From Eledone cirrhosa (Eukaryota), in NCBI GenBank assembly GCA_964016885.1, contig OZ024740.1, positions 119,536,001 through 119,600,000 on the forward strand: 64,000 nt of DNA, in the 5' to 3' direction. The notes beneath the pieces are model-generated. The model was given only the letters and a program-made list of their open reading frames with translations, ran no database searches and was not told the DNA's origin. Position numbers and translations under genes: made by a program. Shown here piece by piece: positions 38,901 to 53,530 of the stretch. The first letter of the stretch is position 1; every line of letters begins with the position of its first letter.

Positions 38901-40389
38901 TTCTTGGCTTTAGTTAGTCTCGGGTTGCAGATACCTAGATGGTGATCACTTGAAATCAGCCCCTCTCTTACAATATCCTGCACAGAATAGAAGAGATCAG
39001 AAAAAATAACAAAATCAATTTTTTATTTCTGTCCCCGATTTCCCTTATACCACGTTTAGTTATGGATGCCTTTGTGATTGAAGTAGGTTTACTTGTTTTC
39101 CTAAATATATTTACAGCTTATTTCCTGGTGGTTTGCTTCAAGATTACATGGAAGCAGCCACTACATGACCAGAATGCAGCCCAAATCCTTCAAATCATAT
39201 CCTACTATTTATATATAGGATGAATACATTGAACAATGCAAAATGATGGGATGGTTAACATTAGAATATCTTTGATCATAGGTTTTCTCAATAACGATTG
39301 ATTCGTGACTAAACACCAACAGTTAAACAAGTAATGATAATATTGACACGTGCTAGATTAAATTTCGGTAACAAATTTTAGTTTAGGATTGTGTGTACTT
39401 TCATTAATGTATATTACAACATAATCTGTTTGCTGTTACACTTGGACTGATATACTTCAAGAGGTATTAGTATTCTATAACTAATGGATCGTAGCTCACG
39501 TGGGGCGGTGGAACTAGGGGAGGGGCACCCCCCATCTAATTATATTTTTCTCCCCAAACTACCAAAACACACATTTATGTACATATTATGTTTATCACAT
39601 ATCGAAGTTTCCTGACTATTTTAGAGTGCAAAGAGCTAAACTAATCACTACAACTTAATTGACCAAATTTGCCTCCACCCCCAATTCAGAAATGTTTCCA
39701 CTGTCCCTGACTCATGTGTGATATTTTAAAGTTGTATTGAAGGTAAGATAGATTATATATTTATCTTGTTTGATTCTTAAGTGTTGGTTCACAATTAATG
39801 AACTTATATATTAAGTCTTTACAGTAGGAGCATGTCTGACTATGTACACTGCTTCAATTTTTTTCATGTATTGGGGCACGTTACTGATATCAACTTAACA
39901 CATTGTAAGTAGGATATTATGTAATATTTCCATCCCTATTTTTATTTAGAAAAGCTTCGTTATTTTCTCTTCTTCAAAAGAGGGCCTTTGTCTGAATATA
40001 TGGGCAATGCTCAGTGGGTCACTTGACTGGATAAAAACAAGAAGCTGATATATAAAAAAAAAGAAAAAAAGCGATTGAAATGAAAATAGAACATACCTTC
40101 AACGAACAGTAAAAATACACATCTGGCACTCAACAGACAGTAATCTGTTAGTCAGTATTACTTTTATATACCAATAAATTTATTGCCAATGCAAACTTCT
40201 GCCAATCTCCTTAGATTATTTGTTTATCTAATATCAAAAACAGATTGCATTCTTTTAGGTTACATAAAAAAAGAGATAGAAAATTATGGATAATTTTCAA
40301 TTGAATTATTTTTTGAATATTTAATCTTGCATTCTAAAACAGTATAGAGGAAAAACATGGGTGCAGAAAGAAGCAATGTTTGGCCCAAA

Positions 40390-42000
40390 GGTTTACAATT
40401 GAGGGAACTCTGCTAAGGACATTGAAGGTTTACGTGCTGAATTTCTGAAATCTTTATATATTTTTACACTTACATTAATGGACTGTACTTGCAAATTCCT
40501 AACTAGCCATAGCTGTTCTGGTTCTGTGAAGTCAGTCCAGCTTTTCATGATCATAAGTACAAATCTAAAGACATAGTCAAGGTGGAGAATCTGCAGATTC
40601 CTCATTAGTTCAGCAAAAATGTTCTTTTCACTTATCTTTAGTATTATATTAATATCTGTTGGGAAGCTGATTTTCTCTACTATGCACACCGTCTTTTCTC
40701 TGTCCTATATCGCTATGTCTGTTATGCTTGCATTTTGTTGGGGTTTTGACAGGAACATTCCCCCAGCATTTCCTTTGTGAGTTTGCTAGTAGAGGTTGAT
40801 ATTATACATCCGATAGAAAGAATATTGTACCCGTAGTTTAATTTCTTTCCTCACCCCATATTTTTCTCCAGATGGAATCTGCCTTTCTGGAATGGATCCT
40901 TAGAGACATTTATTAATTTGTCAATCATATCTCTATAGACTGATGTTTGGTTTCGGTTGAATCTTTTAATAATCATTTTTCTTTCAGTTGCATCTGATAT
41001 TGGAGTGATCAACTTGTAGTATTGAATAATTCTGCTTGTGCTGTCTCCAAACCTCATTTCTATTTTATTTTTCACTCTTTGTTGTCGAGGAGTGTAGTTT
41101 TTGTTTCTTTTAGCTTACATGTGATTAGCATTGTCATACAGACGATAGTTTTCCGTCAATGATCATTTTTCGATTTTTTAAATATAACAATGACATATTT
41201 TGTGTTCTTTTGTTTCTGTTAACTTTTCTATTATCACAAAGATAATGCTTTACTGCCATTGCTACGGTATATAGACAGACGTTAACTTGCTAAAATGGGG
41301 AGCCTTTAATTTGTCATAAATTCTCGCTTCCAATTTCGTAGATAGCATATGTTTTTGTTTAATATTGTTGTTTTATGTAGTTTCGAGAGAACGATTTATA
41401 CACAGATTAATCTGTTTGGATAGTTTCACTAAGGATATATTTTAACTGTCTGTACTTTTACAGTTAATTGTAGACTTATTATTGCCGGTATTTTGATGCT
41501 GGTGGATAACGTGACAGTAATGTCAAATTTGTCGCCGACATGACTGTTTCAAGAGACTGTTTGTGTATTGCTGTTGTTTGTTGCTTATGGTCAGACTGTC
41601 TACAAGTAAACCTGGAAACCTAACACATGTTGATTGCATGTCTGATCTAGAAGACTGCTCACTTAGTGTTGTTATTAATTTCAGACGTTTATTATTGTTT
41701 TCAATAATTTTGTCTATTTTTACGTCTGACAAACGTTGCTTCGCTGCATAATTGTTTGGCTGTGAAATAATTTAGCTCTGGGTGGCGTTCATCACAGTGT
41801 AGCTTTCTGTTCATATAACCAAAAGAGGGATCTTGTGTTGCCATTCTATTAAATAGGTCGTTATTGGATTATTACCTGCAAGGAAAATGCGATTTATAGT
41901 TTCGGTTCCTTCTGTAACTACAACTAAAATTATTCTTTTCGTTGTTCTTTTTCTTGGATTTAGTGTTGTTAATGTTGTCGTGTTCAGCCATGCTGATTGT
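40390..42000 (-). mobile_element. Highly degenerate N-terminal part of an R4/Dong-like non-LTR ORF
   Basis: Fragments such as IKRFNRNQTSVYRDM, RLSDVKIDKI and KSWT...QLWL resemble R4-clade pre-RT regions; many stops. Confidence 0.4.
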
Positions 42001-42177
42001 AGCATATCCTGTTTGGCAGTAAAGAGAATTCACTCGGGCATCACCTTCACGCACATACATCCATACATATGCGCACATATGCCTATCTATGATCGAACAC
42101 ATATTTCAAGGAATTTCAGGGTATAGATACAAAGGAATATAGTGGAATAGTAATAATAGAAATAATCATGCCAATAA

Positions 42178-42378
42178 TAGTTACTGATTTAGGTACAAGG
42201 CCAGCAATTTGGGGGAGGGGAAAACCGATTAAATTGATCCCAGTGCGTGACTGGTACTTTATTTTATTGACCCCATAATGGTGAAAGGCAAAGCTAACCT
42301 CGGCAGCATTTGAACTCAGAACGTAAAGGACCGTAACTCTATGCTGCGAAGCAGGGTGTCCAACGCTCTACTGATACT
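42178..42378 (-). mobile_element. SINE family A copy
   Basis: Reverse-complement match (gaaaggcaaagctaacctcggcagcatttgaactcag); more decayed copies near 42540-42650, 45555-45700 and 50555-50685. Confidence 0.82.
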
Positions 42379-42889
42379 AATAATAATCCTAACAAGGAGA
42401 ATTATGATGTAATACCCACAAAACTAGTAGTGGTGAAAACAGTAGAATAATCTTATTATATTTATGGTAAAAATAGTTCAAGATAATACAAGTAGCACTA
42501 GATAAATCTAAATCTAAAAGACGCACTAAGTCTGTGGGAGGGGAAGGTCGGCTAAGTCTTGCCCAACACCGGAGTGGGTATAGATTTTTGATACATCAGA
42601 ATAGCAGAAGGCATAGACGACCGTGCTGGACTGAAATCTAGAACTCAAGGGCCCTTAATTAAAATCCTTCAGACAGTCAGATCAGTGCTTTGATGATTCA
42701 CTTGGTCCATAATGGGGGTGGGTGCTAAAAGTAGTAGTAATGGTAATAATAACAATAAAAACAACAACAATAATGACAAAGACAACAACAGCAATAATAA
42801 TGATGATGATGATTTTAAACAGATAAGGTGCACATGTATAAAGCAGATGATAAACCTGTAACTGTGTACAGTGCCTGATGTGAACAATC

Positions 42890-43660
42890 TAGTGTGTTTA
42901 TTTTCATGAACAGGATTGTCAGGTGGAATTTGACTGAAGGTGATATCCGACTTGAACTTATTAGGTTTGATGCTGAGTGTTGCATTGCTGGAAAGAAAAT
43001 CAATGCTGTGAAAACTGAGACTCTACATGTGAATAAATTTCTACTAAAGCTTGCCAAAAAGTTCAAGTATCTTGGGACTGGATTCATAAGTGATGGAAAT
43101 CAGGAGGCTGAATTTAGTGCAAGAACAATTACACGAGCTGAGGCAGTAATGTGTCAGCTTCTGAATTTGATAATCAGAAGAATCAGTAGGTGTAAAAGCG
43201 AAACTCCCTATCTTCAATTCAGTATTCATGCCAACCCTTACCTATGTTCATGAATCTTGGGTAATAAACGAAAGCATATGATTGTGAATACAAGCGGTCA
43301 AAATGGGGTTCCTCCGAAGGGTCTTTGGAGTAATGGTACTTGGTAGTGTGCATAGCTTGGAGATCAGAGAGTCACTCCATGTAGAGCAGCTACTTCTCCG
43401 AATTGAGAGATAACAGATCTGATATATTTGGCATGTGATTAGAATGTCTCAGGAAATAATCACTGGACAGATTTTATGGGCAAAACCAAATGGCAGGAGA
43501 CTGAGGGGTAGAGTCCGAGCAAAATGTTTGGATAACATCCATGAATTTGGTTGGTCTCACTTGGGGATCGAGCCAGATCAATTAGAGACTTACTTCTAAC
43601 AGAATCTGCTGGAAGCAGTTTTTGAGGACTCTGCCCCCACGATCCTCTCTGGAATAAGTG
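42890..43660 (+). mobile_element. Degenerate RTE-type LINE 3' half
   Basis: RFDAECCIAGKKINAVKTE, KFKYLG, HESW, LLLRIER. Confidence 0.8.
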
Positions 43661-43859
43661 GGGGGGGGGGGAGAAGATCATACAGTGAGTTATTTTACTA
43701 CGTGACAAGGAGACACTGGGGAAGAAATGAAAACAAAACTGAAGGAAGAGGAAAAACACAAATATTAATTGTACACAAGTTACATGAGCCACCATCACCC
43801 TTGTATGGTTGGGCCTTGGTGATAATACACCATCAAAAGCGGTATGGTATTACTTTTTC

Positions 43860-44870
43860 CCATAAGCTCCAGACAGCGTTTGCCTCATCCGTCAACCTCT
43901 TGTGTGTAAACTTCAGCAGGGATTGTATGTATCTCGTTGTGGTGATTTATTACAGGAGATTTGACTGATGGCTTTTCTGATTTCTTTCTTCTGTATATGT
44001 GTGTAGGGGATTAATGGCAGTCAATGTCCTGCTAGATCCCCACCTATGGTAATTGAGGTGTGGCTTCATCGTTGATTATGATAGAGCGGCTGGGGTTCTG
44101 GCTGAGGTATCCAGGCCATCTTCATAGAATCTGCTTTTTATCTGTCAGCTGCTACATTCCATCTGCACTGAGGTAGGGAGAAGACCCTTACACTGCCTTC
44201 AAAGCATCGTAGAAATGGTTGATGTCATCATGGTCTGCATAAGCCTGGGTTCCATTACCCTTATTCTTAAACAATAAATCCTGGATTTCTGCAATTCTGG
44301 TGCTCTTCAGCTTGGAATCATTTAGCATCTTTGCAGACTTCTAACATTGGAATCTTCTCAGAGGCTGTATAGGGATTTTAAACTTGGTTCGATGACTTGT
44401 TTAGCAGTCAGCATCATATAGCCTTACTTACTCTTACATCTTGCTGATATCTCTTTCTGATGATGATATAATCAATCAAATGCCAGTGCCAAAAGCATAG
44501 ATGCATCCAGAAAATATTATGGGTAGGGAGGTGGAATAGTGTATTTGTATTGTCAAGCCCCTGTACAACACATGTCTTGACGAGTAGTAGACCATTGCTG
44601 TTACACTTACCAGTGCTATATATTTCAAGGATCCCTTCTCAGGCCTGGTAATTGTCCCCAAATCTGGTGCTGAATTCACCAAGGACAATAAGCCTCTCTA
44701 ACTGTAGGATTTCTGCTATGAAAGCATCAAGTTCTTCATAGAAATTATCTTTCACATCGTCTAAGTTAGCCACTGTTGGGGCATGTGTACTGGTCAATGG
44801 GAACTTGAGCACCATCAAGATTCTTTCCTTAGATATTCTAACCATATATCTGTAGTATTGGATCTGTGAT
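43860..44870 (-). mobile_element. Degenerate RTE/BovB-like LINE 5' part (APE endonuclease)
   Basis: HAPTVANLDDVKDNFYEELDAFI...LIVLGEFSTRFG. Confidence 0.65.
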
Positions 44871-47306
44871 TTCTCCAATCAGAGAAGTAATGACTCAACC
44901 TGGAGGAAATCCCTGATCTCTAAGCTACACACAATCAAAAGATTTTTCGGAGGAACCTCATTTTGGCTGCTGCTATTTGTGATAATTATCTATGATTACT
45001 CAAGATTCATGGCCATAGGTAATGGTAGTCACAAACACCAAATTGAAGAAAGTGAGTTTGGCTTTTACCCAGGCCTCTCTGCTTCTTATGACCAAGTGTT
45101 GAATACATTAATCCACTGCTACAACAATTCTTGCATATATTTCAGTCTTCTGCCTTCCATCACTCATGAGAATAACCTTATAATGTTTAAATATCTCCAC
45201 CTCTTTCAATGGAATTCCACTCACATGCAGTGTGCACTGTCCAGGCTTTTTTTAGGGAATGAGGTTCTCACTCTTTGCAGCACTGATTTACATTCTTGCC
45301 ATCCCACACTCTGCAGCAAATCAGCCCAGTGTATATGGGTACGTCTTCTCTGAAGCACAGGCCTGAGAAAATATTTTTGTGAAAGCCCAGCAAGACTCTG
45401 CTCTCTATATCACATATTTTCTCCAAGAGAATGACACGTGCCAATACAGCCTGGAATCAGTGATAATGTAGGCAAACTCAGAACAGAAAAGGCCGGAAAA
45501 AAATACACGGTATCATGTCGGATGCTATAATATTTCTGCCAATCTAATCCACTAAATTGGTACTTTATTTATTGACCTCAAAAAAAAAATGAATGACAAT
45601 GTTGACTTTGGCAGTATGTGAATCCAGAGTGGACAGATGTGTTACAAATTCAACAAGGCATATAATTAAACTTTCTAATGCTCTCTGACTCTGCCAATTC
45701 AAAATCTTATCTAGACATTTTTTATTTTATCATAATACTATCCTAAATACCGTGAAATTGATAAAGAAAGAGTAACATGTTAGAGAGCTTAGTTATGGTT
45801 GTTTGGCCAGAAATAGCCTTGATTGAGCATACCTAATATCAGAAGCATTCTAGCCATGACCATTTCGTCTTACTAGGTATATTAAATTGTATCATCAAAT
45901 ATATCCTTTTCTTATTGGAGAACTGAGTGTGTGATTTAAGGGAGATCTGACTGTTATCTCTAGCAGGCCAAGCAACCACAAAACACATTTGTTTTCTTGG
46001 TTTTCTAAGTTAAACACCTATTAGTATGAATTCTAATTTGCAGATATGAAAAATTTGATTAAATATGTAATATAAGAGGCTTGATTTTATTGATTTTTTT
46101 TTACCTTATCAACAAATTTTCAACTTGTCAGTATAAATCAATTCTAGTGAATTCAGTTATCAAAAACAACAAAAGCAGTGTGTGTATGACTAGAAAATAC
46201 AGAATAGTTTGATCAACAACTGAAGTTGGTCTCCCTACTGACCAAATTTCAATTAGGTAGAGTGATTGAGGTCAACTATTATGTATATTTCATTTGATTA
46301 CCTCAGAAATAACTGTGTGTGAAGAATTCCATTGAAAGAGAACTAACTCTTCAAATACACCCTATGTGGTCAGATTTCATGTTTTCCAATTGGGGGAAAA
46401 ATGAAGATTTATTGAACTTCTTATATTTTTTCAAACAGAGAGAAACGAGCATTTATCTTTTACGTGTTTTTTTGGTTTCATATATATATTTATTTAGTAT
46501 TAATAATGAATGATGAATTCTACAGACAAATGTAAAGAAATAGTAACTTTAGGGCATCAATATTAATATAAGTATTTATTTATTCCTGACATCTGACAAA
46601 ATTAGATTGTAACATGGAAGCCAAAACATTCCCAGATAAACAAAAAAATAAATAAAATCATAATAAATAAGAAAATAAAAATAGAAATAGATCACTGCTT
46701 TTGTATAACCCATCCTTCACAAAGGTTTGCAAGAATTTCTTCTGAGACATTCCAATCTTATTTCTTTCCTAATCTCCTTAAATAAATAACATTCCAATAA
46801 TCATTTATTTTGTCTTTTTCTCTTATTTCCTCCACTTGCAATAGTTTTATCTATCCTTTATTCTGAGAAGTATACATTGATCAAACTATTAGCCCCCATC
46901 TTTTATCTTTCTACCTACACTATATTGCAGGCACTATATTTTTCTTTCCAATCATCAAGATTATCGTGTCCCAGCATGTCACTTTCAAATTCATTTCCTT
47001 TATCATGCCTCAGCCCTATGTGTGTGTGTATATATATACATACATATATATATACATACATCAATGTGTAAACACACACACACACACATATGTAATAGTG
47101 AATTTGAATCGAAGTTGTAGCCGCAATATAGCGAGACACTAATTGAAACCGAGTTCAATCACGAGTAACCACAGTTAGTAAGGTACTCAATATATTAGTA
47201 GAGTGTAAACATCATGTTTAATATAGAAATTGCTTCTACAGGGCTGGAACTGTTTCATTCAAAAGAAATCATGAGGACATTCCTGATGATTTCTATATTA
47301 AACATG

Positions 47307-47339
<33 letters not shown>

Positions 47340-48134
47340 AAGAGAGGGAAAGACTCGTAGAATTCTGTGATGTGAATGAGCTATTTGCAACACTTACTTC
47401 AGGAAACTTGACAGCAACTTGACCACCTAGTCAGTAGGTGAATACACAAAGCAGATTGAAGTTTTAATTCTTAAAAAATGTAATTGACAGTTGATTATGA
47501 ATGCTAAGTCCATCCCTGGAGAAGAACAAACCACACAATGTAAGTTAGTTGTTGGCAACATTAGATTAAGTACAATTGTTTCAATATCTTTGATTGTCAT
47601 TTGATTTGAATAAGCATTTTATCAGTAATTAGATCCTATAGATTATTACTGTCTGATATGCAGTAAGTTGGATTTAGCAACTTTAAAAATATTTTGATTA
47701 TGTAGGGGTTAGGTTACTATACAAGGTAGTATATCTTTGTTTTGTATTCCTCTTTCTGGAGCTCCCCCAAACTGCTCTATAGATATTTGTTTTGCACGTT
47801 CTATGCAATTTTATATTTTTATTTTAATAGAATTATTCCTACAATAGTATAAAAGTACAATATTTTTAGGCGAGAGGGTTTAGAATTTTGCATTATATGC
47901 ATATTGAATTCTTGCACTTAACCCTTTAATGTTCAAACTGGCCAAAACTGGCCAGAATTCTTTACTTTTTTCTGTTGAAACTAGCTGTAACTGGTCACTC
48001 AAACTGATATTAAGGTATTGTTCTCAAAATAAATACTTTCAAAATCTCATAGATTCGATATTATGTGAGATAAAGCATTTACCATGAAAATACAATAGTA
48101 TATATAGAGTAATGAGAATTCTAAAGGGTTAATT

Positions 48135-48965
48135 TAGCCTCCTGTTTTACAGCACTTATGAAAACAGGCATGACATATTTGAACGTTTCGACCTGCTTCA
48201 ATGGGGGGTTCTTCCATGTAGAATACATGGTGCAGGTTTCATGAGAGGACAAGTGTCTCAGACTCTGCAGCATTAATTTTCATTCCTGCCATGCAACACT
48301 CAGCATGAAACCTATCAAGTGCATGTTGGAGAGCATGGTCTGATGTGTTAAATAGTACACCCAGCAGTCTTGATACAACTTATAATCCAGATGTGCATGT
48401 CACTCATGTCCATGAAGATTAGGAATAAGAGAGGTGACACTATGCATTTGTGGCAGTGTCTGACACCCACAATGAATGGTTTTGACTTAGCACTATTTAT
48501 CTGGACACAAATTCTAGGTGATTCAACAACAGGTCCTCTGGAATGGGATCATATTCTTTTACAAGGTCTATGAAACAAGAAGAAACCTCTCTGCAATATT
48601 CTCACCGACCTTCCACAGTATAAATATTTGGTCTGCTGTACTCTGTCTGGGGTGAAAACCACACTGTTCGTCAAATAGATTGGACTCACAAAATCCATCT
48701 TTTTGCCAGACACTTCCCATAGACTTTAATGATGAAGCTTAAAAAGAAGATCCCTCTATAATTGGGACAATTTTTCTCATCTCCCTTTTTAAAAATGGGT
48801 ATTATCACTCCAGATTACCATTGTTTATGTGCTTTTTGTGAGTCAGTCAGAGAATACCTTCTCTGTTTAAGACTTTAACATCTCAGGCTGAATTTCATTC
48901 TCACTAAAGGCCTTGGACATTTGAGCACTTTAATTGTTTTTGTAACCTCAGCCTCTGAGAGATTA
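48135..48965 (-). mobile_element. Degenerate RTE-type RT fragment
   Basis: EAEVTKTIKVLK, WQ-like SGVIIPIFKKGD..NC.NYRGI, VGVR...SPLLFLIFMD relics; similar to 38350-38700. Confidence 0.75.
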
Positions 48966-51408
48966 GCCATCATTCTCATATGCACCTTATGTACATCAGA
49001 AAATGCTGTTTTTACCAGGTTTAACAAAGTATTTTTTCCACCCCTCTGAAGCTTTGTTATTATTTTAATCAGCCTCATTTCCAGAAATGGACATTTTGTG
49101 GAACATTTCTCCTTTGTAAATTTCAGGTAAATCCATGGGCCTGATATTCTGAAGGGTAAGTGGATAATGTAGGGCCTTATAAATATAATATGAGTGATGA
49201 GAAGAGAAGTGTATGACTCTTCAGTTGAAATGTTATGAGATAAGCACACTAAAGAAGCAGAGGTCACTGTAACGTCATAAAAAAGGCAAAGTAAAGAGAC
49301 AGCTGGTTGGTTGACAGGAGACTGGAGAATGTTGTAGAACAATTTCATTGGGAGGCCATTTTCATGCAATCCAAGGTATCTGTATGAGTAGCAGAATCTT
49401 ATGACTTTAAATATTAAACTTCTTAACAATTCAAATGAGTAAAAAGTTTACTTCAAGGGTTTTCATTTAATTTGGTAATGGTTAGCCACACTATGGAATG
49501 TTTTGTGTACAGTCTTTTTACACCTGCTGGTTTACATATGTTGACAATGTATTACTTTCCTTATACAATGACAATATAAACTCCATAAATAACTATAATA
49601 AAGAAAGCAAACAATAATGAACCATCGTTTCTTTGAACACTAATGCAACCCTCAGAAATGTTTAACAAAAGCTAACATCTACTTCAGCCTTGGAAGTGTT
49701 TAACAAAGTCAACATCCATTTAACTTTATCTAAATTACAAGCATCAGCCACTCTACTGTATCAAAATAGGTATAATCAGTTGTTTACAACATTGTGTAAC
49801 AAACTAGAACATTGGCAACAAGCTAGATGTATACAATCTAAATGATATATTCCTAAGAAACAAATATTCACCATGCTTGATGAAAGTTGGAACCACTTAG
49901 ACACAGGAAGTTCAAACAACAGTTAAAAAGTACAATGACTTTTCTCTACTAACATAGTATGCTTCAGAAAATAAAAAGAATCTTTCTATCAATATAAGAC
50001 TGAAGTCACTCACTTGAGCTTCGTAGACTTCATTTAAATACGGTTGTCTCTAATGAAATGACTATAAACATCATTATATTTATATTATATCTTAGTTGAT
50101 ATAGTCTCTAGTATAAAAATCCTTTGAGAGTTCTGAGTTCTTTTTTAATCCAATGGTTTGTTTCTTCCTTCTTTACTTTCTATTCGAATTATTCTTGTAA
50201 GGAAGGAGCTGGTTTCTCCTTTGTTGAAATTTGTATAATAAATATAGGGAAGGTCACATGTGAAAAATTAAAAAATGTTTTATATCCAAAAAATATAAAC
50301 CACTGATGATGAAACATTAGAATAATCTTAAAGATGTTTTACAACAGAACATTTTGGTAGGTGTTAATTGTATGTATGGTCCCATAACACCTGATAGAGT
50401 CGTAGGGGAACCGTATTACCATATGGCATTTACTTGGCATTTTAAACCTGGTGGAGACCATTCCTCTCCAGGCTTGAGTACAGCAGATGTCTTCCAGAGA
50501 AAAATAGAAAGTGAGAGAGAGGAAATGAGAAAGAGATATGGAGGAAGAATTCACCCCAGTACAAGGCTGGTACTTTTTTGTATCAACCTTGAAAGGATGA
50601 AACGCAAAGTTGACCTTAGCAGGTAGCCAGAACGAATAACATAAATCATTCTATCCAACGTTCTAACGACTCTACCAATTCGCCAATGATAGGTGTTAAT
50701 TAGTTGCATATATATATTTCGACATATGTTATGGCCAGAATTATTAATTTTCTTCTTTCTATATTCCTTTCTTTAGTTTCTGATAAATAACAAAACTGAA
50801 TAATTTTTTTCATATGCAATTTTTTAATATTCTATGATTCAAGGATAAACATGCTTTCTATTAATGTTTTTCCTTCCTCAAAATGTGATTACAATAAGGT
50901 GTACATTTGCTTCTCCTTTCTTTCAACAGATTTATTTTTTCTAAGTTTTCTATGTTGTGCATTTGAAAAGAAAGAAACCTCTAACCATACTCAATCTATT
51001 AACTCATGAATCTTCTGTCATTGAAAGATTAGACAAAACAATTGAATTAAACTAAGATAATGCCTGGCATAAGTGTTAAAGAAACTTATTGTGTTGATCT
51101 ATCATAATCAATAAATAATAAATATTTAGTGAATATGTTCGAGTTATGAACACAATATTTATTTTGTCTGTCTTTAGGGAAGATATGCATCTTTAGTAGG
51201 TGGTGTTGGGTGTTCTAATAGTTTTAGTTTGTTTAGGAAAGATGATGAAAGATTATAAGTTGGTGTCATCTGCACAGTGGTGTGCATAATTCCAAGTAGA
51301 CACAAGTAGATTATAAACATAAATTAGGAGGAATGTTGTTTCCTTGGATGACTGCTAAATTATACCCAAGTTGACTGAGTGAATAATGGAGTACATTTAT
51401 ATTTATGT

Positions 51409-51474
<66 letters not shown>

Positions 51475-51959
51475 TACAATAACAGAGATAGTTCAAAGCT
51501 AAACTCTGACTGGTAACCATCTCACTCAACAAACATTAGGTTATATTTTAATATGAACCCAACTTAAGTGTTTGGGGTGCTAACAATATGTATTATGTGG
51601 AAAAGCCAGTTGTATTATTTTATGAGATATAATTAAAGTTAAAATATATCTCTCTTTCCAAACAATTGTTTCATTATAAGTTTTCTACAAATTGGGAGAA
51701 TATTTCCAGTTTATGTAGAAGCCTAATATACATTCATGTAAGAATATATTTTGGTGGGTGCTTATAAATCATCAGTGGAAGCCCATTAAACTTTGATATA
51801 AGAAAAAAATTCTTACCGCAGTCAAAAATCGTGTCTGTTAAGTTGCTCCTTCTCGCATCGAATGACCGCCAAATTTGAAATTCCAGCAGTTTTTGACTGA
51901 GGAAGTATTTTAGCGTCACGAAGCGGGAAGGGGAGACAACTACGATCCACGAAAGGAGG

Positions 51960-52004
<45 letters not shown>

Positions 52005-52411
52005 ACAAATGAATATATGAGAGGGATGAACACCGATACAAGTATACATGTGTTCGAATTGTAAATTACCAAGTTCGCTAGGTTCAAAAATACTAATTTA
52101 AAATAATATGGTTTGCCTGTCTCGATTTAAAGTAATAAATCAATAAAAATAACAAACCTATATTTGGCAATGGCCGTGATACTGTGATTCGTACCTTTCA
52201 CTTCAAAAGTGTTAAGAAGACTTAGAACTATATGTTGTTGAACGCACATGTCACAGCGCCTAACGTGTCTCATGCTTGTGCCGCTAAAAATAGCAGCCGG
52301 TTTTATGGGACTAAAGTTAGCTCTACGTATGGAGCCGAGGATATCATATATTGAGTTATATTGTGTTTATAACTCAATATATGATATATATATATGTATA
52401 TATATATATGA

Positions 52412-52511
<100 letters not shown>

Positions 52512-53240
52512 AAAAGGTAAACAAAAATAACGAAACAAACGACACAGTACAATGACGAAAGAACGCTTGTTATAGTAGGAAAGTATGATATAGAAAGATA
52601 GAAAATGAGAAGAGGAAAGAATGGAAAAATATTTTCAGAAAAACACGTCTGTATTCAGTCAGCCATTTGGTGAGGGAATGAAATTATATTTTGAATGCTT
52701 GCAATGGAGAGGAGTCTGCTAAAGATACTCAAATTGGTGTGAAACCAGATAACAGATTAAGTCTGTTTACCTCCTCAGTGGCCCACAGCATTATTTGAAC
52801 TCAGATTTCAAATGAAACTTTTAATCTATTTTAACGTTTCCACCTATTTCTAATTTCAGACTGTAGTTGAAAGATTTTATGTTTGAGACAACAATGTTGC
52901 TTTCACTTATCTTTTGCAGTATAACATAAGATTCAATGTCTCCAGTTGATTTACCAGTCTGGAATTAATTAATCAATTAGTTATCAGCTTAGTTAATTTT
53001 TTTCTTAAACTCCGGATTGAGGCAAACATCTATGGTAATCATTTTTTTTTACTTTTACCTTAGTTAATGCATTATTCTTAATTATTTGCTCTCTACTTTA
53101 AAGAAATAAACATTAGTTTCTTATACATTTACAAAACAACAAATAAGCATGAAATTCAAGCTATGTTATCTTATTGAAGTAGAGTCTTGGCATATGCTTT
53201 TCGTAGAGCAAATAGAATGGGTGTTACATATAATAAAAAA

Positions 53241-53530
53241 AAAGTCTAAAGTCTGTCTTAAGCCAGAAGGCTCATTTGGCCAGTGCTTATCCCGGTTTCA
53301 TGGCGTGAAGCAACTGAGAGTACAAGACTCCCTCCTGGACAGGACGCCAGTCCATCGCAGAGTTAAACCTCCAGCTATTGCTGGTCCTCATTTTCAGCTG
53401 AGTAAACTGGAGCAACGTGAAATAAAGTGTCTTGCTCAAGGAAACAACACATCACCCGGTCCGAGAATTGAACTCTCAACCTTTTGATTGCAAGCCTAAT
53501 GCTCTAACCACTAAGCCATGCGCCTTCACG
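53241..53530 (-). mobile_element. tRNA-derived CORE-type SINE family B, near full length
   Basis: Minus strand: A-box TGGCTTAGTGG, B-box GAGTTCAATTCTC, CORE-like GTGTTGTTTCCTTGAGCAAGACACTTTA, V-domain-like CTGCGATGGACTGGCGTCCTGTCCAGG, tail AGACTTTAGACTTT. Confidence 0.85.

Noticed and set aside
48875-49429. 184-aa ORF
   Set aside because: Chance read-through across decayed LINE fragments; only the last ~30 aa resemble an RT N-terminus.
51725-51780. CUGAUGA on the minus strand (also + strand hits at 14374, 30644, 50324)
   Set aside because: No convincing GAAA plus stem I/III pairing; the 7-mer occurs by chance.
53455-53530. tRNA-like sequence
   Set aside because: It is the SINE head: continuous with the CORE domain and lacking a proper acceptor stem.
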